DNA of 30,618 nt from an uncultured Methanosarcinales archaeon. Lineage in GTDB: Archaea > Nanobdellota > Nanobdellia > Woesearchaeales > ARS49. Positions 15,396 to 25,133 of the stretch are shown here, in pieces (positions within the stretch are counted from its first letter, which is position 1; each line of letters opens with the position of its first letter). Under the pieces are notes generated by a model. It was given only the letters and a program-made list of their open reading frames with translations. It was not told where the DNA came from and made no database searches. A program made the position numbers and the translations under genes. The DNA lies in NCBI GenBank assembly GCA_964432255.1, contig CAYSMN010000003.1, positions 1 through 30,618 of the forward strand. The letters run 5' to 3'.

Positions 15396-17798
15396 ATGGA
15401 AAAATTGGGGGCTGTTGGTAGATATAAGTGGCTGGTGTTTTTTGCCGTACTTGCACTCATCATCCGGTTGATAGCAGCGCCATTTGGCACTCTTGAGAAA
15501 CCGGATATGAATAACTTTCAGGCGTGGAGCGCTCAGTTGTCTGAAAAAGGTCTGCACGGCTTTTACGATGAGGGCTGGTCGGATGCGTGGCCGGGATACC
15601 TGTACGTTCTCTGGTTTCTTGGGCCTGTGAAGCATTTTTTTGTTTCATTTCCTGCAGTGTTGTTCAAACTGCCTGCAATTGTGGCGGATATTGTTGCCGG
15701 CATTCTTGTTTTTGCTGCCGTATCGAGATTTAACAAAAAGGCAGCTCTGCCTTCTGCTGTTTTTTATTTGCTGAATCCTGCGGTCATCGCTAATTCGGCA
15801 TTGTGGGGGCAGATTGATGGAATTGCTGCAATGTTCATTCTTGCAGTGCTGTTTTTTGCCTCAGAATGGCCAATTGTTTCAGCAGCCCTGCTGGGGGTGG
15901 GTGTTCTCTTTAAATGGTACGTTTTGCTCATCCTTCCATGCGCCGTGCTTATCTGGCTTCGGGATGCAGGCTGGAGGAAAATGCTCGCGTGCGTAGTGGT
16001 GACTGCTGCTGTCATTGTTGGGGGGTTTGTGCCTTTTGCCGCGAAGCCGGTTTTTTCATTCCTGCTTGAGCGCGCTGGAACAACGCTTCAGCAATACCAG
16101 TTTACCAGTGCGAACGCGTTTAATCTGTGGGCGTTGTGGGGCATGTGGAAGCCTGATGCAGGATGGCCGGTGGTGGCGGGTGTTCTGCTGGCGGTTGTTT
16201 TAATGGCGGCGGTATTAATTGGGTTATGGAAGCTCGATTCAGAGCCCGCGCGTTTCCTTGCAGCCGCGCTGTTGCTTTTTGGGTCATTTTTAGTCCTGAC
16301 ACGGATGCACGAGCATAATCTGTTGCCCGTGTTGGCGCCGTTGTTGGTTGCAGCCGCAGGGCTTCCTGGGCTGTGGATATCCTACGGTTTGGTTTCTGCA
16401 ACTTATTTGGCAAACATTCGGTTTGCATTTGTGTGGATTACGCAGGAGTTTCGGCTGATTTTTCCTTCTTGGGTTATTGGCTTGTTTTCAGTGGTGAATA
16501 TTGTCGTTTTTTGTTCTGCCGTGTGCGCGTTGTTTGGGAAGAAAAGAATTTGGCCCCAGTTCGCAGGGCTTAAGTCAAAAATGTCAGCTGCCGTTCCTGT
16601 TGACAGCTCGTTTGTTGCCAAGCGGTGGCGTCTCTTGCTCGTCGTGCTGCTGGTGTTTGCCTTGGTGGCGCGGTTGTATGGGTTGTCGTATCCGAATGAA
16701 CTTTATTTTGACGAAGTGTACCATGCTTTTACGGCACGTGAGCTGTACCGGGGGAATACCGCGGCGTGGTCGTGGGAAAGCACCCCGCCAAAAGGGTTTG
16801 CATATGCGTGGGATCATCCGCCTCTGCCAAAATTGATTATGGCAGCAAGCATGAGGGTGTTTGGCGAGGGGCCGATTGGCTGGCGTCTTCCTGGTGCTTT
16901 GCTGGGTGTTGGTTCCGCTCTGCTTTTATTTTTGGTGGGAGTGAAACTCTTCAAAAGCAGGACAGTTGCACTGCTGGGCACTGCATTTTTCGTGCTTGAT
17001 GGTCTGCCGTTGGTTTTGTCCCGAATCGGCATGAATGACGTGTATTTCATGTTTTTCGCACTTGGCGCGATATATTTCTTGCTTTCAGAACGATATTTCC
17101 TTTCTGCTTTATTCCTTGGTCTCGCGGGAGCGTCAAAATGGACTGCTGTCTGGCTTGTGCCTGTGCTGGTCGCGTTGTGGCTCATCTTTTGGAAGCGTCC
17201 AACAATTAATCTTGCATGGTTTTTGGTGGTTCCTCCCGCAGTGTACTTGTTGTCGTATGCTCCGTTCTTTCTGGCAGGCTACACGGCTGCCCAGTTTGTT
17301 GAGTTGCAAAGGCAGATGTTTTGGTATCACACCCATCTGAATGCAACGCACCCGTTCAGTTCGCCATGGTGGTCGTGGCCGTTGATGCTGAAGCCGGTCT
17401 GGTTGTTCACGCAGTCCAGCGGCAATCTTGTTTCGAACATTTATGCGCAGGGGAATCCGGTGATTTTTTGGGTTGGATTTGCGTGTGTGCTGGTTGCAGT
17501 TCTTTTTGGCATCGTGACAAGGCGCAGGGAGGTGTGGGCAGCGCTCGCTGCTTATGTTGGATTTTTTGTCCCTTGGTCGTTGTCTCCTCGGATAATGTTC
17601 ATATATCATTATCTGCCCAGCGTGCCGTTTTTGTGTTTGCTTCTTGCATATATGGTGTCCTGTTCGCGGAGGCGTAAGCTGTTATCGCTGGTTTTGTTAA
17701 GCGCCGCACTGTTGTTGTTTTTGTATCTCTATCCGCGCTGGGTTGGAATTCCAATGCCGGCTGCGTCAGCTGGCTGGTATGCGTGGCTTCCATCATGA
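15396..17798 (+). CDS. Two-domain GT-C fusion: GT87/PIG-M-like N-half plus GT39 protein O-mannosyltransferase (Pmt)-like C-half
   Basis: N-half: DMNNFQAW, PGYLYVLW, KLPAIVADI, NPAVIANSALWGQID, TRMHEH. C-half: YFDEVYH, HPPLPK, GWRLPGAL, SRIGMND, ASKW, HPFSSPWWSWP, GNPVIFW, FIYHYLP. Confidence 0.88.
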   Translation: MEKLGAVGRYKWLVFFAVLALIIRLIAAPFGTLEKPDMNNFQAWSAQLSEKGLHGFYDEGWSDAWPGYLYVLWFLGPVKHFFVSFPAVLFKLPAIVADIVAGILVFAAVSRFNKKAALPSAVFYLLNPAVIANSALWGQIDGIAAMFILAVLFFASEWPIVSAALLGVGVLFKWYVLLILPCAVLIWLRDAGWRKMLACVVVTAAVIVGGFVPFAAKPVFSFLLERAGTTLQQYQFTSANAFNLWALWGMWKPDAGWPVVAGVLLAVVLMAAVLIGLWKLDSEPARFLAAALLLFGSFLVLTRMHEHNLLPVLAPLLVAAAGLPGLWISYGLVSATYLANIRFAFVWITQEFRLIFPSWVIGLFSVVNIVVFCSAVCALFGKKRIWPQFAGLKSKMSAAVPVDSSFVAKRWRLLLVVLLVFALVARLYGLSYPNELYFDEVYHAFTARELYRGNTAAWSWESTPPKGFAYAWDHPPLPKLIMAASMRVFGEGPIGWRLPGALLGVGSALLLFLVGVKLFKSRTVALLGTAFFVLDGLPLVLSRIGMNDVYFMFFALGAIYFLLSERYFLSALFLGLAGASKWTAVWLVPVLVALWLIFWKRPTINLAWFLVVPPAVYLLSYAPFFLAGYTAAQFVELQRQMFWYHTHLNATHPFSSPWWSWPLMLKPVWLFTQSSGNLVSNIYAQGNPVIFWVGFACVLVAVLFGIVTRRREVWAALAAYVGFFVPWSLSPRIMFIYHYLPSVPFLCLLLAYMVSCSRRRKLLSLVLLSAALLLFLYLYPRWVGIPMPAASAGWYAWLPS

Positions 17799-17867
17799 GG
17801 ATGGTTTTTATATGAATGTGGATTTTGATGTTAAGGGAATAGTAAAATTTGGGGTGACAGGGTAAAA

Positions 17868-18608
17868 ATGTTGGCACGGGGTATTCAGGCAGCGGTGAGT
17901 GCAGTATTTGGCAATTACGTGTTTACAATGCGCACGGGCTTGGCAAAAGGTCTGAAACGACGGGTTGGCTTTGGTTTTAAGCCGCGGGGAGGGCTTACGA
18001 AGGAGGAGCAGTTTCTGGCTGAATTAGACTTGGCGGGGAAAACTGTTTTTGATGTTGGCGGGTATGTCGGCATATACGCGCTTTTTTTCGCACGCGCCGT
18101 GGGCGGGACTGGAAAAGTGGTGTCATTTGAGCCAAATCCTGTGAATGTCCGTGAGCTCCGCTTTAACCTGAAACTGAATAACTTTGAGAATGTCTGTGTT
18201 ATAGAGCGTGCGCTGGGAAAAGAAAAGTGCAGCTTAGAACTGGTCTCGGATCCGGTGCAGCCTGCTTTGTCGACACTCGATGCGTCAATGAAAAATAAGT
18301 TGCTGCGAAGAGGAACTGTCAGCACGCGCGTGGATGTCGATGCACTCGATGCATTGATGTCAAAAGATAAACTGCCTGTGCCTGATTTTATAAAGATGGA
18401 TGTTGAGGGGTACGAACTGGAAGTGTTGCGTGGTATGGAAAAGACGGTTGATAACTTTAAACCTCAATTGTTCATTGAGATTCACGGTGAACTGTCGGAC
18501 GAACTGTTCTCTTTTTTGAAGAGCAAAAATTACAGAATGTATCATATTGAGTCAGGGCGGAATGCGTCACCGGGCGTGCTGGGAGGCCATGTGTATTGCC
18601 ATGTATGA
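17868..18608 (+). CDS. FkbM family SAM-dependent methyltransferase
   Basis: VFDVGGYVGIY, VVSFEPNP, DFIKMDVEGYELEVLRGM and LFIEIH. Confidence 0.92.
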   Translation: MLARGIQAAVSAVFGNYVFTMRTGLAKGLKRRVGFGFKPRGGLTKEEQFLAELDLAGKTVFDVGGYVGIYALFFARAVGGTGKVVSFEPNPVNVRELRFNLKLNNFENVCVIERALGKEKCSLELVSDPVQPALSTLDASMKNKLLRRGTVSTRVDVDALDALMSKDKLPVPDFIKMDVEGYELEVLRGMEKTVDNFKPQLFIEIHGELSDELFSFLKSKNYRMYHIESGRNASPGVLGGHVYCHV

Positions 18609-18646
18609 AGATACAAATGTCATCATTCTGACGCGGATGAAGTAAT

Positions 18647-20215
18647 ATGCGCAGCCCCCGCAGAAATTTGCAAAAGAATTATGTGGTAATCGTGTTGCTC
18701 GCAGTCATTGTGCTGCTCGGTGCGGGTCTTAGAATGAATCGACTGGCAGAGGTGCCCGCTGGATTTTTCGCGGATGAGGCGTCGGTGGGGCTTAATGCGT
18801 ACACGATTCTTTCACAGGGCCATGACCAGCATGGAGTCCGGTATCCTGTTTTTTTCAAGGCATTTGGGGAATATAAGAACCCGCTCGCGATTTATTGGGC
18901 TGTTCCATTTATAGCATTGTTTGGTTTGAACGAGTTTGCCGTGCGCCTGTCTGCCGCCGTATTGGGCGTGTTTGGTATTGTGGCTATTTTCTTTCTTGTG
19001 CGCCGTCTGTTTAAGATGCACCCAATGCATGACTGTTTGGCATTGCTTGCCGCTTTGTTTCTTGCGATATCTCCTTGGCATGTGCATCTCAGCAGGATTG
19101 GATGGGATTCTCAAGTTGGCTTCGTGCTCCTGACAGTGTTGGCGGTTTTTGTCTTTTTAAAAGCATTAGAGAAGCCGAAGCTTTTGCCAGTGAGCATGGC
19201 ATTGTTTGCGCTTAGTATGTACAGTTATTTTCCAGCGCGCGCGTTTATTCCCTTGTTGGGTCTTGGTTTGTTCATTTTTAACATCAAATTTTTCCGGAGG
19301 CATTGGGTTTCATCGGTAGTCAGTTTTGTCGTTCTCGTGATTCTGCTTTTGCCGCTTGCACTGCACGTATTTAGTCCTGAAGGCATGGCTAGATGGAGTG
19401 AAGTGAGTATCTTTATGCATCCTCCAGAGGGTGAAACAATTGCGCATCATGTGGTTTATAATTATGCAAGTCATTTCTCGTTAAGTTTTCTGTTTTTGGA
19501 GGGAGATACCAATTATTTCAAGCGTCATTCGTTGCCTGATAATGGTGTACTGTATCCTATACAACTGCCGCTTATTATTCTTGGAGTCTTTTGGTTGTGG
19601 CAGAGAAAATACAGAGACGTGCTCACTTTATTGGTTCTGTGGCTTGCTTTATACCCGGTTGGGAGCATGTTTACCGTGGCAAAAACGGCGCAAGCCACAC
19701 GGTCGGTCATTGGCGTGGTGCTTTTTCAAGTGCTTTCTGCGGTTGGTTTATTCTCGTTGTTTGTGCATGTATCAAAGCTTAGGCGTGTGCGGCGCAGGTT
19801 ATCAGTACTTGTCATCATTGGAGTTCTGATAATATCGGTGAGTTTGTTTTCAAGGGCGTATTTTGTCGATTACCCGAGAAAATTTTATGGGTATGAGGGC
19901 TGGCAGTTCGGCCCGAAAGAGGTCGTTGAATATTTTCTGTCTGTTGATGACCAATATGATGAGTTGTTCATGACTTCGGATGGGTTTAATGGTGCCGAGA
20001 TCTTCATTCCATTTTACTCTCAGAATTATGAAAAAGGCTGCAGTAACTGCGTTATTGGCGGACTGGACAAAGTAGCAGACGGGAAAAGACAGCTTTTTGC
20101 TGTTCATCCGCATGAAGTAGAAAGCGCAGGGTACACCGGTCGTTTCGAAGTCAAAAAAACGATCGTGTACCCGGATGGTACAACTGCCTTCGTGATTGGT
20201 GAAGTGCGCCAATAG
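18647..20215 (+). CDS. ArnT/PMT_2-like GT-C glycosyltransferase
   Basis: GFFADEASVGLNAY, FGEYK, LFGLNEFAVRL, AISPWHVHLSR and YSYFPAR; multi-TM with a soluble C-terminal domain. Confidence 0.85.
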   Translation: MRSPRRNLQKNYVVIVLLAVIVLLGAGLRMNRLAEVPAGFFADEASVGLNAYTILSQGHDQHGVRYPVFFKAFGEYKNPLAIYWAVPFIALFGLNEFAVRLSAAVLGVFGIVAIFFLVRRLFKMHPMHDCLALLAALFLAISPWHVHLSRIGWDSQVGFVLLTVLAVFVFLKALEKPKLLPVSMALFALSMYSYFPARAFIPLLGLGLFIFNIKFFRRHWVSSVVSFVVLVILLLPLALHVFSPEGMARWSEVSIFMHPPEGETIAHHVVYNYASHFSLSFLFLEGDTNYFKRHSLPDNGVLYPIQLPLIILGVFWLWQRKYRDVLTLLVLWLALYPVGSMFTVAKTAQATRSVIGVVLFQVLSAVGLFSLFVHVSKLRRVRRRLSVLVIIGVLIISVSLFSRAYFVDYPRKFYGYEGWQFGPKEVVEYFLSVDDQYDELFMTSDGFNGAEIFIPFYSQNYEKGCSNCVIGGLDKVADGKRQLFAVHPHEVESAGYTGRFEVKKTIVYPDGTTAFVIGEVRQ

Positions 20216-20289
20216 CTTTATGCAGTGTTTTGGCGATTGAAAAGGTTTAAAAGTCGTTATGTGTATATGTTGAATTAGAGGGTTGCAAA

Positions 20290-22140
20290 ATGTGGGGATT
20301 AGTATTTATGATAATTGCAAGTTATGTTGGCATTCTTGCTGCTAGTATCCTCACCGGATTGACGTTGCTCGAGCGTGGTTTGCTCGGCGTGTTGTCAGGC
20401 TTTCTAATCGCGATGTGGAGCACATTTCTTATTTTTTTGGTTACAAAGAATCTGGTCCTGTCTTTTTGGGTTGCCTTTTTAGTGTGCGGGGCACTCAGTG
20501 TCATTTTTACTTATGTCAATGGTGTGACAATGCCGGCAATAAAGCGTGTTTGCAGGGCAATAGTTAACAGCGCGCGTAATAGCAAGCCTCTTTGGGTATT
20601 CTTCATTATTATTGGTTTATCTTTCACCTGGTTGTTTTCAAGCTATTTAATTCAGCCGCGTGCAGACGGCTGGTATGCCGGAATTAACAGTTGGGGCGAT
20701 ATGCCGTTGCATCTGTCGTTGATTAATCATTTCAGGGTGGGTGCCGGCACACTGGAGTATCCAATATTCAACGGAGAGCGGTTAACATACCCATTTCTTG
20801 CTGACTTTCTCGCTGCCGCGCTTTCTGGTCCTGGAATGGTTGACCTGCGTTTGACATTGGTCGGCATAGGAAGCATGTTGGCTTTCATGCTCGTATTGGC
20901 GATATACGCTTTTGCCATGCGCGCTGTGAACCGGAAGTCTGTTGCTATATTGACGATTATTCTCTTCTTTATTGGCAGCGGTGTTGGGTTTGCGTATTAC
21001 GTAAAGGATTCTCTTGAAAACAACAGTTTCGAAGTGACAAAGGATTATGCGCATAAGGGCGATATCAATTTGAACTGGGGTAGCGTGATTCTGGATTACA
21101 TGCTTCCGCAGCGTACGTTCATGACGGGATTTCCCATCGGTGTTATGATTATTGTTCTGTTTTTGGCCTATCTTGGCGCGGGTAGATCAGCGCAGCGCAG
21201 CAGGTATTTATTGTATGGTGGAGTGATGGCCGGAATGTTGGGAATGGTTCATACGCACACGTTGTTATCCGTCGGGGTAGTGGGCGGCATTTTGGCGTTG
21301 CTCTTTTTTTCATGGCGCTGGTTGTGGTTTTTCATTCCATCAGGCATACTTGCGCTTCCGCAAGTTTTATGGATTAGGTCACGTGTAGTTGAGAGTTTTA
21401 TTCGGGTGCATTATGGCTGGACCAGCCAGGCAGCCTCGCTTGGACAGCTTGTCGTATTTTGGCTTCGCAACACGTGGCTTGTTCTCATTTTAGGTATTAT
21501 TGGCACGTTTTTTGTAGAGAAAAAATTGCGAAAATTGGCCGTGCCATTTTGGGCGCTGTTTGTTCTTGGCAACGTGATGATTTTCCAGCCATGGGATTTT
21601 GACAACATGAAATTTATGTTGTTTTGGTGGCTTTACATGGCACTGCTCGGAAGCGTGTTTCTGGTACATTTGGAAAAAAAAGGAGTTTTTGGAAAAGTTG
21701 CATTCACGGGACTGCTGGCGCTTGCTATTCTCTCAGGCGTGCTGGCATTGTATTTGGGCGCGACTGCACGTTTCCATATGTTCTCTCCGGAAGAACTGGA
21801 GCTCGGAAAATGGATTGCTGACAACACGCCGCGTGATGCGATTTTCATGACATCCGATCACCATAATAATCTGGTGCCTTCCATTGGTGGGAGACGCATC
21901 CTGATGGGTTTTGGCGGCTGGTTATGGAGCCACGGCATTAAGACGGGCAGCCGTGGAGATGACATTAAGCGAATGTTTACGGGCGATCCTGAGACCAAAG
22001 AGCTGCTGAATAAGTATGGTGTTGATTACGCGGTTATTGGTCCAGCTGAGAGGAATGATAAAAAGGCGAATGAATCTTTCTATCAGAAAGAGTTCAAGCA
22101 AGTGCACGAGACCGAGAAGTATAAAGTTTTTGAAGTATAA
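20290..22140 (+). CDS. Putative GT-C membrane protein with an STT3/AglB-like C-terminal soluble domain
   Basis: Loop motif SWGDMPLH...YPFLADF, many TM helices, then WIADNTPRDA...GRRILMG...LLNKYGVDY. No WWDYG motif. Confidence 0.65.
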   Translation: MWGLVFMIIASYVGILAASILTGLTLLERGLLGVLSGFLIAMWSTFLIFLVTKNLVLSFWVAFLVCGALSVIFTYVNGVTMPAIKRVCRAIVNSARNSKPLWVFFIIIGLSFTWLFSSYLIQPRADGWYAGINSWGDMPLHLSLINHFRVGAGTLEYPIFNGERLTYPFLADFLAAALSGPGMVDLRLTLVGIGSMLAFMLVLAIYAFAMRAVNRKSVAILTIILFFIGSGVGFAYYVKDSLENNSFEVTKDYAHKGDINLNWGSVILDYMLPQRTFMTGFPIGVMIIVLFLAYLGAGRSAQRSRYLLYGGVMAGMLGMVHTHTLLSVGVVGGILALLFFSWRWLWFFIPSGILALPQVLWIRSRVVESFIRVHYGWTSQAASLGQLVVFWLRNTWLVLILGIIGTFFVEKKLRKLAVPFWALFVLGNVMIFQPWDFDNMKFMLFWWLYMALLGSVFLVHLEKKGVFGKVAFTGLLALAILSGVLALYLGATARFHMFSPEELELGKWIADNTPRDAIFMTSDHHNNLVPSIGGRRILMGFGGWLWSHGIKTGSRGDDIKRMFTGDPETKELLNKYGVDYAVIGPAERNDKKANESFYQKEFKQVHETEKYKVFEV

Positions 22141-23473
22141 CTGCCCCTGCCAGAGCTGCGAGCTGGATGCCGAATTGTCGGAAAAGATAACCTGGTAGCT
22201 GTCCGCTGAGCAACGGTCTCAATTGTCCAATCAGTCCGTGGACTTCCATATTGCAGTACATTGTCCCCATGAGAGCGCCCGTTATGTTTATTGCAACAGA
22301 GGCAATGCCTACAAGGATTATGCCCGCGAGCAGGTATTCGGATTCTGGTGTGTGCTTTTTTTGGTAGCGTGCAAAGAAGCCAGCAAGTCCTATAATTATG
22401 AAAGGCATTGACGGTAGAAGATAACGTGGTCCATATTGGCAGCCGCCATTCGTTTGGAATAGCGCGAGATAAGGAACTAAAAGGACAAAGCTCAAAGGCA
22501 GCAGGTATTTTTCAATTCTGTGCGTGCGTGGAAGGAGGGCAAAGCCTAAAAGTGCGATTATGAATATGGGAGAGTAGAAGATTATTGCTGTTGTGGGTGA
22601 TAAAACATAAAAGTCGATTTTTTCAATAATGTTTTTCATATCGATGTGCGGCATGGAGTCTGTCCATTTATTGCCAATTGTTATCGGGAAAGCAAGCGGA
22701 TGGTTGAATACTGCATAGTTGAAAGCAAATGTTGGAAGTAGGCCAATTATGAAGCAAATTCCGTAAATGGCGATGTGCTTCCATCGTTTGTGGAGAACGA
22801 CATACGAGCTGTTAATTGCCATATTTACAAGTTGTTGGGCAGACATGAACAGCGCAAGTCCGGACAAAAAGCCGCTGATTCCTATTGAGAATTGTGAAGT
22901 TTTTGTCGAGTGGTATGTGCGGTAGAGGAGGTAGAACGCGAGTAATGATATGAATGTGCCGTGCACCTCGTGGTGTGTGACGCCCGCGTAGGGCAATGCA
23001 ATCGTTCCAAATCCATAGAAGAGCGCAATTATCATTGACGAGATGGTGTTTTTTGTTATATCTTGCGCGATGAGTAATACGAGTGTCATCATGACGGCCG
23101 TCATCAGGGCTGAGGTGAGCAGGGTTACAAGTCCTGCTGTTAGAAAGTAATCGCCTTTGTAAGTGATTCCGAATGCACGAAGGAAGGAGTACACAGCCGC
23201 ACCTATGAAAAATTGCCCCGGCTGTTTTGCAGGGTATACGTGGCTCTCAAACTCGACAGTATCCCCGACGTTTTTGAACTCAGCTGTGTCTGATCCATCG
23301 ACATAATAATGGTGGCGTTCCACAAGTGCTTCAATCCCTGCCTGCTGTAGGTTAAATGCGCGCGTATCGTTAGTGTTGATGAATGATGCAAGTATGCCGA
23401 ATGCTAAAATGAAAAAGACGAGTGCAAAAGGAAGCTTTTGTAAAATTGTTGCAGGTTTGAAATGCATATTCAA
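22094..23473 (-). CDS. Putative GT-C-like polytopic membrane protein
   Basis: First-loop ND motif, YPAKQPG, about 10 TM helices and late motif GGCQYGPRYLLP; similar to 25134..26594. Confidence 0.65.
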   Translation of the reverse strand: MNMHFKPATILQKLPFALVFFILAFGILASFINTNDTRAFNLQQAGIEALVERHHYYVDGSDTAEFKNVGDTVEFESHVYPAKQPGQFFIGAAVYSFLRAFGITYKGDYFLTAGLVTLLTSALMTAVMMTLVLLIAQDITKNTISSMIIALFYGFGTIALPYAGVTHHEVHGTFISLLAFYLLYRTYHSTKTSQFSIGISGFLSGLALFMSAQQLVNMAINSSYVVLHKRWKHIAIYGICFIIGLLPTFAFNYAVFNHPLAFPITIGNKWTDSMPHIDMKNIIEKIDFYVLSPTTAIIFYSPIFIIALLGFALLPRTHRIEKYLLPLSFVLLVPYLALFQTNGGCQYGPRYLLPSMPFIIIGLAGFFARYQKKHTPESEYLLAGIILVGIASVAINITGALMGTMYCNMEVHGLIGQLRPLLSGQLPGYLFRQFGIQLAALAGAVILQKLYTSRSRALA

Positions 23474-23477
23474 TGAA

Positions 23478-25058
23478 TCACCCAGTAGTATTACTATTTT
23501 GTGTCAATGGCTGAATGTCAAAAATAATATATCCTGCGACATGGTCTATGGGCGTAAGTTTTCTAAGCCAGGCGCGGCAGGTACGCTCGCCCATATCACC
23601 GAGCTCTATTAGTTCGTTAGCTCGGATTGCAACGCGCCCCGGAAGGTATTCGCAGCCCGCCCCCTTTCTGACTGGCACGGGGTTTTTTTCTATATATTTT
23701 GCGATTTCTTTTTCTCCCAATCCCCAGTCTATGTTTGAATCAGCTAGATATTTCCATCCGTATTTTGGTCCTCCTGTAATTTCGTTGAAATATGATAAGT
23801 AATAGGGAGAAATAAATGCTGCTGATATGACGTACCACAGAAGAAATGCTCCGAGCAAAAAGCGTGTTTTGCTGTTTTTAAACAACTCAATGGTCGAACC
23901 CGCCATTACTAAAAGGAATGGATATGTTGGCAGCACGTGGCGTAATCCAATGTTCAATCTGTTGAAGTATGAGAATACAACGAAAAGTATGATGACTGGA
24001 ACGATGATGAAAAGTATGTCCATGCTTCTTTTTTTATAGAGGCAATAAAATGAAAGCAAAATTAGACCGAGCAACGGAATGGGCGTTTTTATGGCAACTG
24101 CAACAAAAAAGTAATACCACCAGCCGACGCCAGAGTCGGAATACTGTCCTAACAAATACACCGGTCCATCGAGGTGTCTCTGGCCGTGTACTTTGGCGTA
24201 ATCAAACCCCAATAGATATGCGGATGGCACGATACTTGGAAGAAATGGCATTTTTTCTGCAAGACTGCTGAGTAAGTCAGATTTAAACGTGTGCGATCCT
24301 ATTGGTGTGAACGTTCCTTTGAATAAGTACGCCGCATTCACGACAAGAATCGCAATGATAAATATCATCACAAGCAGGCAGGCATATCGGGTTTTCTGTT
24401 TTTTCCTAGTGAAGTAATAAATGCCGAAAATTAAAAAAATTGGAACGAGCAAGGCGGCAGTGAATTTTGCTATGAGCGCAAATCCCAGAACAAGTCCTGA
24501 TACGCATGCGCTTTGAATGGTATCATTGTTTACAAATTTCCAAAAAAAGTAGGTGGATATGAAAATCATGCACGCAGCCGGAATGTCAGTGGATACAACT
24601 CCTGAATGCGCGATGATATTGGGTTCGAATGCATACAAAAAGAGCGCAAGCAAGCCTGCCGTAATGCCAAAAAGCTGCTTTGCCCACAGAAAGACGAAGA
24701 TGCCTAAGATGATTCCAAATAAGAGCGTGATGAGCCGCGCCTGGTTTAAGAGCGAACTATAGTGTGGTTCGTAGAAGTTATCAGATAAGGAATTCGGGAC
24801 GGGAAAATCATGGCGCAGGAATGGCAATGCGTTAAGCACGTGCAAAGGTGGATGTTCTCGGCTGACATCAAGACTGAGGTAGTATTCTCCTGTTCTAAGG
24901 TACTTGTACGCTACATTGATATGCCCCAGTTCATCGTAATTGTTTGCTGAAGCTGTGTAAATTTCATACACGGCTTGCGATGAATATATTATGAGCAAAA
25001 GCAGAATAATTTTTTTATTGTGCGCGATCAGCAATTCTAAAAAACGGTTTTGGCGCAT
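23478..25058 (-). CDS. ArnT-like lipid-carrier-dependent GT-C glycosyltransferase
   Basis: YDELGH, EHPPL, FEPNIIAHSGVVSTD, AKFT, IKTPIP, NIGLRHVLP and YLSYFNE..GG...LADSNIDWG. Confidence 0.85.
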   Translation of the reverse strand: MRQNRFLELLIAHNKKIILLLLIIYSSQAVYEIYTASANNYDELGHINVAYKYLRTGEYYLSLDVSREHPPLHVLNALPFLRHDFPVPNSLSDNFYEPHYSSLLNQARLITLLFGIILGIFVFLWAKQLFGITAGLLALFLYAFEPNIIAHSGVVSTDIPAACMIFISTYFFWKFVNNDTIQSACVSGLVLGFALIAKFTAALLVPIFLIFGIYYFTRKKQKTRYACLLVMIFIIAILVVNAAYLFKGTFTPIGSHTFKSDLLSSLAEKMPFLPSIVPSAYLLGFDYAKVHGQRHLDGPVYLLGQYSDSGVGWWYYFFVAVAIKTPIPLLGLILLSFYCLYKKRSMDILFIIVPVIILFVVFSYFNRLNIGLRHVLPTYPFLLVMAGSTIELFKNSKTRFLLGAFLLWYVISAAFISPYYLSYFNEITGGPKYGWKYLADSNIDWGLGEKEIAKYIEKNPVPVRKGAGCEYLPGRVAIRANELIELGDMGERTCRAWLRKLTPIDHVAGYIIFDIQPLTQNSNTTG

Positions 25059-25081
25059 TCAGGCAAGTGTGGCTATTGCAT

Positions 25082-25111
25082 TTATTAAATTATTGTCAAA
25101 ATATTTATAAA
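25082..25111. promoter_or_regulatory. Back-to-back TATA boxes for two divergent GT-C genes
   Basis: Minus-strand TTTAATAA at 25082-25089 (ATG at 25058) and plus-strand TTTATAAA at 25104-25111 (ATG at 25134). Confidence 0.6.
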
Positions 25112-25133
25112 GGGATATAAACTTTTTTCGGCA

